A DNA stretch of 63,577 nucleotides, filler included, from Octopus bimaculoides (lineage: Eukaryota), in the NCBI RefSeq assembly GCF_001194135.2. It is 5 parts of 5 records of this genome, joined end to end, with 100 filler letters (N's around TTAATTAATTAA, not from the genome) between each part and the next. Parts side by side here need not be neighbours in the genome. Positions count along the whole stretch, not along the records: positions 16,130 to 40,483 come from NC_069006.1; 4 more parts are not named here. One strand, given 5' to 3'. Position numbers and translations under genes: made by a program. Under the pieces are notes generated by a model. It ran no database searches and was not told the DNA's origin. It saw nothing but the letters and a program-made list of their open reading frames with translations. The number at the start of each line of letters is the position of its first letter. Positions within the stretch are counted from its first letter, which is position 1. Of this stretch, positions 26,496-38,358 are shown piece by piece.

Positions 26496-26641
26496 AGACA
26501 CAGAGTGGCTTTTTCAAAATTGATGTTCACGATGAAGCCTTTGCTGAGGCACATGTTGGTCTTCTTCATATCAACATTGACATATTTCGTGCCAAACTCT
26601 GTTTCAGGGGTCACATCAAATATGAACTGAATATTTTGAAG
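26496..26641 (+). CDS. Exon 3; TQSGFFKIDVHDEAFAEAHVGLLHINIDIFRAKLCFRGHIKYELNILK
   Basis: Acceptor ccatttcag, donor AAG|GTCAGG, 146 nt, phases 1/0. Confidence 0.85.
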
Positions 26642-26970
26642 GTCAGGCTTGTAGTTTTGCATATTTTCTGCTCTTTTTTTTTTTAGCAAATTATTAAAAA
26701 AAATTTTTTTATCTGTTTTAATGATTGTTTTGTGATGGGAGTGGTAGTAATGTGTGGGTTTTGGTGATGATGGTAGTNNNNNNNNNNNNNNNNNNNNNNN
26801 NNNNNNNNNNNNNNNNNNNNNNNNNNNNNNNNNNNNNNNNNNNNNNNNNNNNNNNNNNNNNNNNNNNNNNNNNNNNNNNNNNNNNNNNNNNNNNNNNNNN
26901 NNNNNNNNNNNNNNNNNNNNNNNNNNNNNNNNNNNNNNNNNNNNNNNNNNNNNNNNNNNNNNNNNNNNNN

Positions 26971-27200
26971 TGGTGGTGGTTTTTGATGGTGGTGGCAGTT
27001 GTGGTAGTGGTTGTGGTGGTGGTTGTGGTTGTGGTAGTGGGGGTGATGGTGGTCAGCAGTTGTGATGGTTTCTGTAGTGGTTTTGGTAGTGGTGATGGTG
27101 GTAGTGGGGAAGTGATGAGGGTAGTGATGGTAATGGTGGTGGTGGTGGTTGTGGTAGTGGTGGTGGTGGGTTCTGTGGTGGTAGTGGTGGGGTGATGGTA
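26971..27200. repeat. Degenerate (GGT)n microsatellite
   Basis: Direct inspection; adjoins an N gap. Confidence 0.9.
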
Positions 27201-27227
27201 GTATTTCTTTCCTTTTTTTCTAATAAC

Positions 27228-27450
27228 TATTTCTCACTTAGGCACAAGGCCAGCAATTTCAACAGGAGGAAATAAGTCAATTATGTCAAGCCCCAGCATA
27301 TGACAAGTACTTTATTTTATTAACCCCAGTGGGGAAGAAAGGCAAAGCTGACCTCGGTGGAATTTGAACTCAGAACATAAAGAGCTGAAAGAAATGCCAG
27401 CAAGCATTTTATCTGATACACTAATGTTTCTGTCAACTCACCACCTCATA
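27228..27450 (-). mobile_element. SINE family C
   Basis: Reverse complement of 9443-9665, diverged. Confidence 0.78.
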
Positions 27451-27958
27451 GGGTAGTATAGTAAAGACCCCCTATGGACATGAATGACTATGGGATTGCA
27501 TCTAAAAAGTTCCCCTCTGAGGCACAAGTCCAGGCAAGGTTGTTTATGGAAGACCAGCAGTCACCCATGCATACCAGCCCCTCCCTCCACACCATTATAT
27601 GTACATAGGGTAAAGAGTAAAGACCCCCATCGGTCATGAATGAACATGGGATTGCATCTAAAATGTTCCCCTCCAAGGCACAAGTCCGAGCAAGATTGTT
27701 TGCGGAAGACTATCAGTCGCCCATGCATACCTGCCACCCCTCTCCACATCACTGATGTTATCCAAGGGAGAGGCAAAGGGGCCAATACAGCTTGGTACCA
27801 GTGATGTCACAACTCATTTCTACAGATGAGTAAACTGGAGCAACATGAAATAAAGTGTCTTGCTCAAGAACACAACCTGCAGCCCGGTCTGGGATTCGAA
27901 CTCACAACCTCATGATCATAAGCTCGATGCTCTAACCACTGAGCCATGCACCTTCACA
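27451..27958 (-). mobile_element. tRNA-headed SINE with a tandemly duplicated 3' tail
   Basis: Head at ~27870-27958; the tail block GTAAAGACCCCC...CATGCATACC occurs twice. Confidence 0.8.
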
Positions 27959-28794
27959 CAAGACTTTTCTATACTATTCTATATTACATTATAGTACACT
28001 TCTCTATACTATACTATCTGTTACTATACAATGCACCGGTCACTTGTGAGTCCCTCATGAATGCTACTGGTAACATGGAATCTAAAACAACTAGGGGTGG
28101 ACCCAATGGAGATCCTAAGGGGCACATGCACTCCTCAAGAAAAAAAGTGTACCCTTCTAAATAATGTTATTACGTCCTTTCCTCCTGGAACTGTTTTCCC
28201 TTCTGACCTTGTGCCCTCCCTTCGAAAAATTCCTGGGACTGGCCTTGACAACCTGTTGCATGGTTGGGTCGTCAGCAACTAACCTGGCACCCCCACTAGG
28301 CTTACCTGTTGAGGAGGGTTGCTAGAAATCTAGCAGGATTAAAAGCAAAACCTGTCAAAGGGATGGATAAATCTAGTGTTGGTTCAATGACTATTTAGCA
28401 ATAGCATGGGCCCTCAGAAATTCTGGGTTAGTGCCCACTGGAAGTGAAGCACCCTTCAGCTTTTGTTAAAGCATGCCTCTAAGTATTCCCCCACTTCCTC
28501 ACCGGACAGAACACCAGTACATCACCAGTCCATCAGCTTACCAGCTGAGTGGACTGGAGCAATGGGATTTGAAGTGTTTTGCTCAAAAACACAATGCATT
28601 GCCTGATCCAGGGATTGAAACCACAATCTTATAGTCTTAAAGAATAGTCTTGAAAAAAAGAGTATATTATAGTGAGGTATAATTCAGTATTCAGAACAGT
28701 TTCAGCACGAAACCCTCATCAATCTAAGAATTTTGTCCAATGTGTTAGTGATTCTATCCGCTCACTGCCTTATAATGTAACCTTGACTGGAAGG

Positions 28795-29090
28795 TACATG
28801 GCTTGGTGGTTAGGGTATTTGGCTCACAGTCATAATGTCATGATTTCAATTCCTGGTGGCACATTGTGTCCTTGAGCAGGACATTTTATTTCACATTGCT
28901 TCAGTCGACTCTGCTGGCAAATATAAGTTGTACCTTTTATTCAAAAGGGCCAGCTTTGTTGCATTCTGTGTCACGCTGATTCACACAGAGAACTACGTTA
29001 AGGGAACATGTGTCTGTGGAGTGCTCAGCTACTTGTGCATTAATTTCACTATCTGGCTGTTTCATCAATCGGGTTAACCGGAAGCCTCAT
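28795..29090 (+). mobile_element. OR-like SINE, diverged
   Basis: Head plus the GAGAACTACGTTAAGGG body. Confidence 0.8.
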
Positions 29091-29205
29091 CATTGTGACA
29101 GACAGTGTGCCAAGGTAACCTTATGAATTTTTTTGTTTTATGCCAGCAGCTGAAGAGATGTAGAAATTGGTAAATAATTCTTCAAAATTGTTTCTATTGT
29201 TTCAG

Positions 29206-29538
29206 GAATACGGCATTAATGATGTGGCAGATGTGGTCAAGATTTTTGATAAAATGTTAGATAAGTTGGTAAGACCAGTGAAAGAAGGGATTAAAAGCTT
29301 TAAAACAATCATCAAGCTGTTCAAGAAAAAAGGAGCATCAGGGATTATTGGAGAACTTGTAGAAACAGTGCGGAAATTGCCAACCATCATGAAGGACTTA
29401 CTGCCCAAAGTCACAGCGTTTCTGCATAAGATTCTCCACATAAATGGATTGAGATGGGTGGAAGACATCAAACATCTGGTGCTGAGAGTTCGATCTTTAA
29501 TAGAAGATGTTGTACATGATGTGTTGACTTTCTATCAT
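29206..29538 (+). CDS. Exon 4; EYGINDVADVVKIFDKMLDKLVRPVKEGIKSFK...VVHDVLTFYH (amphipathic helices)
   Basis: Acceptor tttctattgtttcag, donor CAT|GTAAGT, 333 nt, phases 0/0; lies inside track ORF 29167-29562. Confidence 0.9.
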
Positions 29539-29629
29539 GTAAGTAAACGTTTTGTTTTCTGACTTTCTTTTACTTGTTTCAGTCAATGGCCTCTGCCCAT
29601 GCTTGAGCATCAACTTGAAGGGTTTTAGT

Positions 29630-29917
29630 CAAACGGTGCCACGTAAAAAAGCACCTGTGCTGGCACCACAAAATAAAAGTGCATTCTTGCTAGCACCATG
29701 GGAAAAGTACCTGTGCTGGGACCATGTGAAAAGCACCCAGTACACTCTGTAAAGGGGTCGGCATTAGGAAGGTCATCCAGCTGTAGAAAGCATGCTGAAA
29801 CAGATGACTGGAGTCTGGTGCAGCTCTCTGGCTTGCCAGCTCTTGTCAAACTGTCTGACCCATGCCAGCATGGAAAACAGACGTTATGGCATGATGATGA
29901 TGGTGAGGATAAGGATG

Positions 29918-29972
<55 letters not shown>

Positions 29973-30025
29973 GGATAAGGATGAGGATGATTGCAATGAT
30001 GGCGATGATGAAGGTAATGATGATG
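29630..30025 (+). mobile_element. Family B copy with an expanded (GAT)n tail
   Basis: GGCATTAGGAAGGTCATCCAGCTGTAGAAA...CAGCATGGAAAACAGACGTT followed by ~130 bp of (GAT)n. Confidence 0.75.
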
Positions 30026-30219
30026 GTGAAATTGACTCCAGTAATTATGTTTCTGTTTTTTCCTGTTTTTTTTTTCTAAGTTTGGTACTTATATTATATT
30101 TTATCAGTCTCCTTTTCTGAACCACTAAATTACAGGGACATAAACAAACCAATACAGGTTATCAAGCAGTGGGGAGGGATGACAAACCCAGAGACACCAA
30201 GTCACACTAACACATCATC

Positions 30220-30251
<32 letters not shown>

Positions 30252-30408
30252 CTTCATTATCATCATCATCATTGCTACCACCACCACCACCACCACCACC
30301 ACCGTCATCATCGTTGTGGTCATCATTAACTCTGATTACTCTCACACACACCCCTATTTTATTTTATTTTATTTTATTTTATTTTATTTTATTTCTTATT
30401 GTCGGCAG

Positions 30409-30551
30409 AGCATTGTGGATTCAGTGACTGTGACTCTGCCACACATAGGGAAACAGCTGTGGGATTCAATCAACAAAATCATTGAAGCGATCAAGCATGT
30501 CTTTAAGAGTCCTGTGCAGACTTTCTCATCCATCACTCAGCAGATACAGAG
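30409..30551 (+). CDS. Exon 5; SIVDSVTVTLPHIGKQLWDSINKIIEAIKHVFKSPVQTFSSITQQIQ(R)
   Basis: Acceptor after an (ATTTT)n tract, ...gtcggcag; donor AG|GTAGAG; 143 nt, phases 0/2. Confidence 0.85.
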
Positions 30552-31031
30552 GTAGAGAGCCTTTTTCTTATTTTAATCTTTTATCTTTTATTTGTTCCAG
30601 TCATTAGACTGTGGCCATGCTAGGGCACTACCTTGAAGAATCTTTAGTCGAATTAATGAACTCCAGTACAATTTTCTCATTCAAACCTGGGACTTTTTCT
30701 GAGGAAAAGAGATCCAGGTTTTAAGTACTTTGAAGTAGTTTGAAGGTGAGTTGAAAGCCCTATGGTGATGGGATATGGTGGCAGGAACAGACAAAAGATG
30801 ATGCTGGAAGTTCCGAGCCAGAGTCCCCATACATAGGCAGCACAGAGGGTGACAGCTGTTTCTTTCTAGAATCTGAAGGCACCTGCAAGACTTATATTCT
30901 CCTTTGTGTAGCAAGCAGTCCTATCTGGGTGTAACACTGCTTCTCAGATATCAAAGGAAGGGTGAGAAAAGGAGCCCTAATAAAATGCAGATGTCTGGCC
31001 ATCCAGTTTATTGCAGTGGAGATAAAAATAA

Positions 31032-31372
31032 TAAAACGAGAGCACTCAGAGAGCGCAAACCTCCGCCAAGGCAACGCCAATGTCCTATCACCGATTAGCC
31101 AGAGATGATTTTTAAAATAAGAATATCTGAAATAAACTTGACTGCGCTCGTAAATGAGAATACTAAAAATGAACCCGACTGCTCTCAAAAATTAAGTAAA
31201 AGAAGAGGAAAAATAATCCAGAATCCTTGTGCAGTACCAGATCGATCCCAAAATCTAATCAGTTTGTGCCAGTCATGAGGCCAAATATCTCTGAAAGTTT
31301 CATCTGAATCCATCCAGCGGTTATTGAGATATCTTGTCCACAGACAAACAAACAAACACAACTGAAAACAAT
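31032..31372. mobile_element. Non-autonomous element resembling Helentron-associated (HINE/DINE-1-like) repeats, inserted in the RTE
   Basis: AACGAG...ACCTCCGCCAAGG end, (ACAA)n microsatellite, reverse-strand core ATATCTCAATAACCGCTGGATGGATTCAGATGAAACTT. It interrupts the RTE frame between SGDKNNK and KRNVLIFGS. Family assignment is from recall. Confidence 0.45.
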
Positions 31373-32375
31373 AAAAGAAACGTGCTAATCTTTGGTAGTT
31401 AGCAAGTAAGAACTTTACCAAACAGCAAAGATGGCCTAGAAAGAAATAGAGCACTAATTACAAAGGCGATCAGCTTATAGGATATTAATATTATGGCTGT
31501 AAGTGAAACCTGGCTTGCAGATACTGGTGAGTTAGAAGTTGGAAGTTGCCCTACATTTTTTGGAGCAGAAAGCTGGTAGATGAGCCAAGAATTCATGGTG
31601 TGGCATCTACCATTTAATTGGCTTTACTTTGCAAATTGTCATCCATCCCTCAAGCTGTTGAAGAGTGTCTCATGACATTCTGTATACTTCATCTATGCAC
31701 ATTATCAGTGCATATGCACCTACTCTATACTCTTGTTTACAAGAGTACAACCTTTTCTACTCCAGATTGCAGACAGTTATCAGTAAAAGTCGATATCAGG
31801 ACAAAGTCATATTGATGGGTGATCTTAATATCAAAATAGGAGACAAACACAATGTGGTCAAAAATTAATAGGAAAACATGGAACGGGAAAGATGAATGTA
31901 AGCAGTTTACAACTGTTGTCTTTTTGTCAATAATTTGGTTGAATAATTACAAGCAGAATGATTCAACAGGCAGATAAATGTTAAAACACCAGGAAGCATT
32001 CCTGATCTGGTAACTGGCACATGCTTGACCATGTCATAACTAATAGCAAAGACTGCAACGATGTCAGATTAACCAGAGCTTACAAAATTCCTGAGTGTTG
32101 CTCATATCACAGTAAGGTATTTGCTAAACCCTATACAAGGTATATGTATGGTATTTGTAAAACCATATACCATATACAAAGAGGCCATTGAGATCCAATA
32201 TAGCTCTGAGAATAAATATGTTTTCTTTAAAAAATCTGGATATGACAAAAGAGTTTGAAATACCTCTTTATTTAAAGCTTGGGAATACAGAGGAAAACAA
32301 TGATCCTGAAGTTTTGTGACATAATATTCATGACAAAATCAAATCATATCTTGAAGAAGTTCTAGGATTCATTAA

Positions 32376-32596
32376 CCCTTTCATTACCAAGCCAGCTAAA
32401 ACTGCCTCTGGCTCTGAGTACAAATGTCTTGTTTTCATAAGTTTTGAATTAAAATCATCCACCAAACCTTAGTCACAATTTATGTCCCTAACACTAGCTG
32501 AATGATAACTAGGTTATTTTACTAAATTCTTTGTTATATTTAAAATTAATTGAAAGAAGCACAGAGCATCTCATCAGAAATAGGGTAACGAAAGGG
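32376..32596 (+). mobile_element. piggyBac-like MITE inside the RTE
   Basis: TTAA on both sides; TIRs CCCTTTCATTACC / GGTAACGAAAGGG. Confidence 0.85.
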
Positions 32597-34431
32597 TTAA
32601 ACACAAACATCAAAATTGGTTCGATGAGAATGATTCTCAAATAAAACCTCTCCTAAAAACTATGCACAAAAGATGCAAGGCATGGATTTCCAACAAAAAC
32701 TGACCATCTTTCATTTCCTTATATATTTCCTCTTAGAAAACTGCTCAGCAAAAATGACATGAGATGAAAAATTCTTAGTGAGCGAAAAAAAGCCGAAGAA
32801 TTGGAACTGGTTGCTAACTCTCACAACTAAGAGTATTGTATGACAATCTGAAAGATGCAAAATCTGAAAGATACAAAATCTGAAAGGTCCAAAAAAAGGG
32901 TGATACAGAATCTATTCTTTCTAATGACGAGTCAAAAACTCTTAAGTAGCAAAGATGAAATTCTGAAAAAATAGGCTGAACACTTTAAATCTGTATTAAA
33001 TCAAGAATCCACTATTGATCCTGAAGTACTCAATAAAATCCTTCAGAGACCTATAATTGAGGGATCTGCAAAAGATCCTTCCTTGGAAGAGATTAGTACT
33101 GCTATTAAAAAACTTTCCAACGGTAAAGCTCCTGAATAAAACTGTATTCCCATAGAAGTGTACAAAAATGGTGGTAGGTAACTTGTTAGAAAGCTGTGCA
33201 AATCGATCTGTTTGACCTGGGAAGCTATATCTGTCCCCCAACAGTTCAAAGATGCATCTATAACACGTTTGTACAAAAACAAAGGAAAGAGGAGTGTTTG
33301 TAATAACCATAGGGGAATACATTTGTTGTGCATAGCCGGAAATTCTTGTGAGGGTGATTCTTTACTGCCTCAATAAGCATGTAATAAACAGTGCATATCC
33401 TGAATCCCAATATGGATTTGGGGCTGGAAGAGACCCAGTTAACATGATTGTTGCCCTTATGGAAATTGAAAAAAACCACACATAAGCAAAATACTGATTT
33501 GTACATGGTGTTTGTCAACTTGACCAAGGTCTTTGATACAGTGAATCATGAGGCGCTTTGGAAAATTTTGTCAAAAGATGATAAGAGTAATAGCATCCCT
33601 GCATAAAGAAATGAGGGCAACAGTGATATCTAGTTGCCACTGGAACCAAACAGGGTTGTGTTTTAGCTTGTGTACTTTTTGTTATATTCTTTTCAATGAT
33701 GCTCCAGCATGCTTTTAGGGATTCCCATGGTGTAAAATTTAAGTTTCACACAGAAGGAAGTCTACTAAACCTAAATAGGCAAGCTTCAGATCGAAAAGAA
33801 AAAAGACCAAAGAAGAGATTCCATGTGATTTTCTTTTTGCTGATGATTGCACTTGGATTTTATCATACACTTGAGGGAATTTAGGACATAGTCAACAGGT
33901 CTACTACAGCAGCCCATGCATTTAGGTTGACTATCAGCATCAAGGAGACTGAAGTTTTATTCTAACTAAAACCTGGGGCAGGACATACTCAAGATTCAAC
34001 AAGCCACTCAAATGGCTTTTAAATATCTTGGAAGTACATTAAACTTTAAGAGTCTTCTTAATGATGATAACAATGTTTGAGTATCTAAAGCAAAAAGTGC
34101 TTTTGGAAAACTTTCCCATCGTCTGTGGGATGAACATGGTGTCTATTTGAAAACTAAGTATATACAAATCTTGTATTTTGAGCACATTTTTGTATGAGGC
34201 TGAAGTACGGACTCCCTACTACAGACATGTCAAGAAACTTGAAACCTTTCACATGTGTTGTCTGCTCAATATCTACAACTCTTTTGCTGAACTACTAATT
34301 TACAGAGATGTAAACACACCAACACCATTTGTGAAGCAGTAGGAGTGGACACAAACATAGAAGCAAAAGTATGCACACATGACAGGTTTCTTTCAGTTTC
34401 CATCTACTATATATTCACTCACAAGGCATTG

Positions 34432-34533
34432 GTGACTAAGGTTTGGTGGGGGATTTTAATTCAGAGCTTTTGTAAGAAAGACATTTGTACTACAGAGCCA
34501 GAGATGGTTTCAGCTGGGTTGGTATCAAAAGGG
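34432..34533 (-). mobile_element. Partial third copy of the piggyBac-like MITE, fused to a SINE fragment
   Basis: Matches the terminal ~100 bp of 34565-34784 and ends in AAAGGG-TTAA. Confidence 0.75.
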
Positions 34534-34564
34534 TTAAGAATTGTTTCTCTATTATATATTTTAA

Positions 34565-34784
34565 GCCTTTTGTTACTGTATTAATTTTAAAATCCTCTGT
34601 TTCTTTCAATTAATTTTAAATATAACAAAGAATTTAATAAAATAACTTAGTTATCATTAAGCTAGTGTTAGGAACATAAATTGTGACTAAGGTTTGGTGG
34701 AAGATTTTAATTCAGAACTTATGAAAACAAGACATTTGTAGTACGGAGCCAGAGGCAGTTTCAGCTGGGTTGGTATCGAAAGGG
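34565..34784 (-). mobile_element. Same piggyBac-like MITE, inverted copy
   Basis: TTAA flanks (34561-34564, 34785-34788); reverse complement of 32376-32596. Confidence 0.85.
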
Positions 34785-36043
34785 TTAATGCCATCAAATA
34801 TTGTACTATTTTACTTTTTCACTTGTTTTAGTTATTGGTGGTGGCCACTTGGAGGGTTTAGCTCAGTGGTTCTCAACCTGTGTCCATATGAACCCTGGGG
34901 GTTACTTATGAGNNNNNNNNNNNNNNNNNNNNNNNNNNNNNNNNNNNNNNNNNNNNNNNNNNNNNNNNNNNNNNNNNNNNNNNNNNNNNNNNNNNNNNNN
35001 NNNNNNNNNNNNNNNNNNNNNNNNNNNNNNNNNNNNNNNNNNNNNNNNNNNNNNNNNNNNNNNNNNNNNNNNNNNNNNNNNNNNNNNNNNNNNNNNNNNN
35101 NNNNNNNNNNNNNNNNNNNNNNNNNNNNNNNNNNNNNNNNNNNNNNNNNNNNNNNNNNNNNNNNNNNNNNNNNNNNNNNNNNNNNNNNNNNNNNNNNNNN
35201 NNNNNNNNNNNNNNNNNNNNNNNNNNNNNNNNNNNNNNNNNNNNNNNNNNNNNNNNNNNNNNNNNNNNNNNNNNNNNNNNNNNNNNNNNNNNNNNNNNNN
35301 NNNNNNNNNNNNNNNNNNNNNNNNNNNNNNNNNNNNNNNNNNNNNNNNNNNNNNNNNNNNNNNNNNNNNNNNCATCAATACAATGCAAACCTCCGACACG
35401 AACACACTTACACACAAATATATATATTATCAGTTCCCCCACAGTCTCTGTCAATGAAATTCATTTAAAAGCCATTGCGCCAAATTAGAGGGATGTAAAC
35501 AAGCCAACACTGGATATCAAGTGATTGTAGTGGTGGTGGCTACAAACACAACACATGCACACACATATATACGGTCAGTTCCCCCAGTCTCTGTCAACAA
35601 AATTCCTTTAAAAGCCATTGCACCAAGTTAGAGGGATGTAAACAAACCAACACCAGTTGTCAGGTGGTAGTGGGGACAAACACAGGGAGAAAGACACACA
35701 AATATCCATCCAGTTCCTCTCTTGAGATACACTCTCCCATCAATTTCCCTCATTAAACTACCATTAATGAAGGAGCCTCTATCTAGTTACTTGATCTGGT
35801 AGAAATAACAGCCAAGTTTTCCTCAAATCAAACCCTACCATTTTAAATAAGGACACATCAGATACTGTGACCTGGAGCTTCCTTGGTATACATAAAAGAC
35901 GTGTGAGTCATGCTGGAGGGCCTTTGATCATAGGACTGCTCACTCAAATCTAACCTAGGGCTAAAGAACAATAATAACTTACCAACCTCATCTGAGAATC
36001 ATTAATTCTTCAACCAAAACGAAATATTTTCTTATAATTCCAG

Positions 36044-36114
36044 AATCAAAATGGCCCTAAAAGAAGGAATCAAAGCCAAAAACCGAATTGTTGAAGCCGC
36101 ATTTTTTGCAAAAG
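36044..36114 (+). CDS. Exon 6; IKMALKEGIKAKNRIVEAAFFAK(G)
   Basis: Acceptor ttttcttataattccag, donor AAG|GTAAGA, 71 nt; the only open frame has phases 2/1, as required. Confidence 0.85.
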
Positions 36115-36224
36115 GTAAGACTTTGAGTTGTTCACTAGCGTTACTGGGCAAGAAACTAGTGCTCCTGCCTATTGTTTGTGTGTATGTGTGTGTGTGTGTG
36201 GGGGGGGGGTCACGATCAACTTAA

Positions 36225-36560
36225 TTGCTTTACATGGTTTAGTCCATTCTTTCAAATGGTTTAGTCCACTGCCTTTACTGGTCTATCTAATTGCTTAAAT
36301 CGGTCTACCTCACTGCCTAAGCTAGACCAGTCCATTGCCTAAGGTGGTCCATCTTATTGCATTAAATAGTTCAGATCTCATTGCCTTAGATGGTCTAGTC
36401 CATTTCCTAAGGTGTTTGGGAAGCCATTGTATAATGTTTTAGGTAATCCATCTTACTATCTTTGGGCAGTCCAAGTTGGTCCAACCCATTTTCTAAGACT
36501 CAGTCTAAGATTGCCCAAACTACAGCCAATGGTTGTCCATCTCATTCCCTAAGGTAATAC
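36225..36560. repeat. Degenerate 22-bp minisatellite
   Basis: Successive units ATGGTTTAGTCCATTCTTTCAA, ATGGTTTAGTCCACTGCCTTTA, CTAGACCAGTCCATTGCCTAAG, etc. Confidence 0.75.
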
Positions 36561-37185
36561 AACTTAATTTTCTTAGGTGGACCAGGTCATTACCTGAGAG
36601 AGTACAAATCCTATTGTCTACAGAAATGTGATCAATATTTGGGAAAAATTTGACGAAATATTAAAAAAAGACTTTGTTTTTGTGTTGGAAAATAGAAATA
36701 AAAGAAAAATGTGAAACAAAGAATTCTCCTCTGATATCTCAAAGAAATTGGAAGAAATGGTGAAGCACCAGACTAAATATCTTACACAATTCAGAGCCAC
36801 GGAAGGTGTGGCTACATGGTTACTTTACATGCTAAGTATAACAGCTAAATCTCTTTTAAATCAAATGACATTGTCTTAAAATAACGAAGAACGGGTTAGA
36901 CAAATGATGTCAAAACAAAGACGAGATGGTCATGATTGGAATGCCTCTCATTATATAAACTCACTTCTCATTATATAAACCTCACTGCCGGCTGAACCAA
37001 GGTGTATTTGGGGCTAAAAGTCATCATTGCCATCCTCATCATCCTCATCATCATCACTATTACCATCCTCATTGTCATCATCCTCATCATCATCATCAAT
37101 GATGACAACAGCAGCAGCTGAAGCAGGAGCAGCTACATAAAATTTATCTTTTTCTCTTTCTTTTTCTTCTTTTTTTTTTTTCCAG

Positions 37186-37331
37186 GCACAGCACCATATT
37201 GGATGATAATGAAAAAAGATATTGTCGGAATCATTAACGAAGTAAAAACTGTAATTAAGTCAATAACATCACATTTCAAAAATGCTAATTCAACTTCTGT
37301 GGCCCTTTTCATACCTGAAGATCTCAAAAAG
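37186..37331 (+). CDS. Exon 7; TAPYWMIMKKDIVGIINEVKTVIKSITSHFKNANSTSVALFIPEDLKK
   Basis: Long polypyrimidine acceptor ...ttttccag, donor AAG|GTAACT, 146 nt, phases 1/0. Confidence 0.9.
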
Positions 37332-37345
37332 GTAACTTTTCTCTT

Positions 37346-37798
37346 TCTTTTGTTCTTTTATTTGTTTCAGTCATTTGACTGGGGCCATGCTGGAGCACCG
37401 CCTTTAGTTGAACAAGTCAACCCCGGGACTTATTTTTTGTAAGCCTAGTACTTATTCTATCAGTCTCTTTTGCAAAACTGCTAAGTTACGGGGACGTACA
37501 CACCAACGCCGGTTGTCAAGCGATGGTGGGGGGACAAGCACAGACATACAAACATACACACACACACATACTCACACCCACACACACACACATACTCACA
37601 CCCATACACACACACATACGCACACACACACATATATATATATACGACGGGCTTCCTTCAGTTTCCGTCTACCAAATCTACTCACAAGGCTTTGGTTGGC
37701 CCGAATGACACCTGCCAAAGGTGCCACGCATGGTTCCAGGACTGAATCCAGAACCATGTGGTTGGTAAGCAAGCTACTTACCACACAGCCACTCCTGT
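37346..37798 (-). mobile_element. SINE family A, in intron 7
   Basis: Reverse complement, with an expanded (CA)n interior. Confidence 0.9.
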
Positions 37799-38241
37799 GC
37801 CAGTATCTTGTTTCTTTTCTTCTTTTTATTAATGTTCCATGCTCTTATCCCTTTAGGGCTCAGATTATCTGTCTGTCTATTTATGTATGTATGTATGTAT
37901 NNNNNNNNNNNNNNNNNNNNNNNNNNNNNNNNNNNNNNNNNNNNNNNNNNNNNNNNNNNNNNNNNNNNNNNNNNNNNNNNNNNNNNNNNNNNNNNNNNNN
38001 NNNNNNNNNNNNNNNNNNNNNNNNNNNNNNNNNNNNNNNNNNNNNNNNNNNNNNNNNNNNNNNNNNNNNNNNNNNNNNNNNNNNNNNNNNNNNNNNNNNN
38101 NNNNNNNNNNNNNNNNNNNNNNNNNNNNNNNNNNNNNNNNNNNNNNNNNNNNNNNNNNNNNNNNNNNNNNNNNNNNNNNNNNNNNNNNNNNNNNNNNNNN
38201 NNNNNNNNNNNNNNNNNNNNNNNNNNNNNNNNNNNNNNNNN

Positions 38242-38283
<42 letters not shown>

Positions 38284-38288
38284 TTTCA

Positions 38289-38320
<32 letters not shown>

Positions 38321-38358
38321 GTATCTCCCTTTATTTCTATTCCTGATCCAATCTACAG

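Larger units (their letters stand above)
30780..34280 (+). mobile_element. Decayed near full-length RTE-clade (BovB-like) LINE in intron 5, sense orientation
   Basis: APE motifs LIFGS.QVRTL, AVSETWL, ISAYAPTL, MGDLNIKIG (31380-31900). RT motifs KLSNGKAPE, PQQFKDASITRLYKNKG, NHRGIHLL, PESQYGF, LYMVFVNLTKVFDTVNHEALW, QGCVLA, FADD (33000-34270). Many stops and frameshifts. Confidence 0.92.

Noticed and set aside
26492-26689. Protein-like minus-strand ORF
   Set aside because: Antisense shadow of + strand exon 3, which has proper splice sites and matching phases.
28050-28420. Possible LINE 5' UTR with an HDV-like ribozyme
   Set aside because: I could not assign the nested pseudoknot by eye; unresolved without a descriptor search.
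29698-30120. Acidic poly-Asp ORF
   Set aside because: Expanded (GAT)n retroposon tail.
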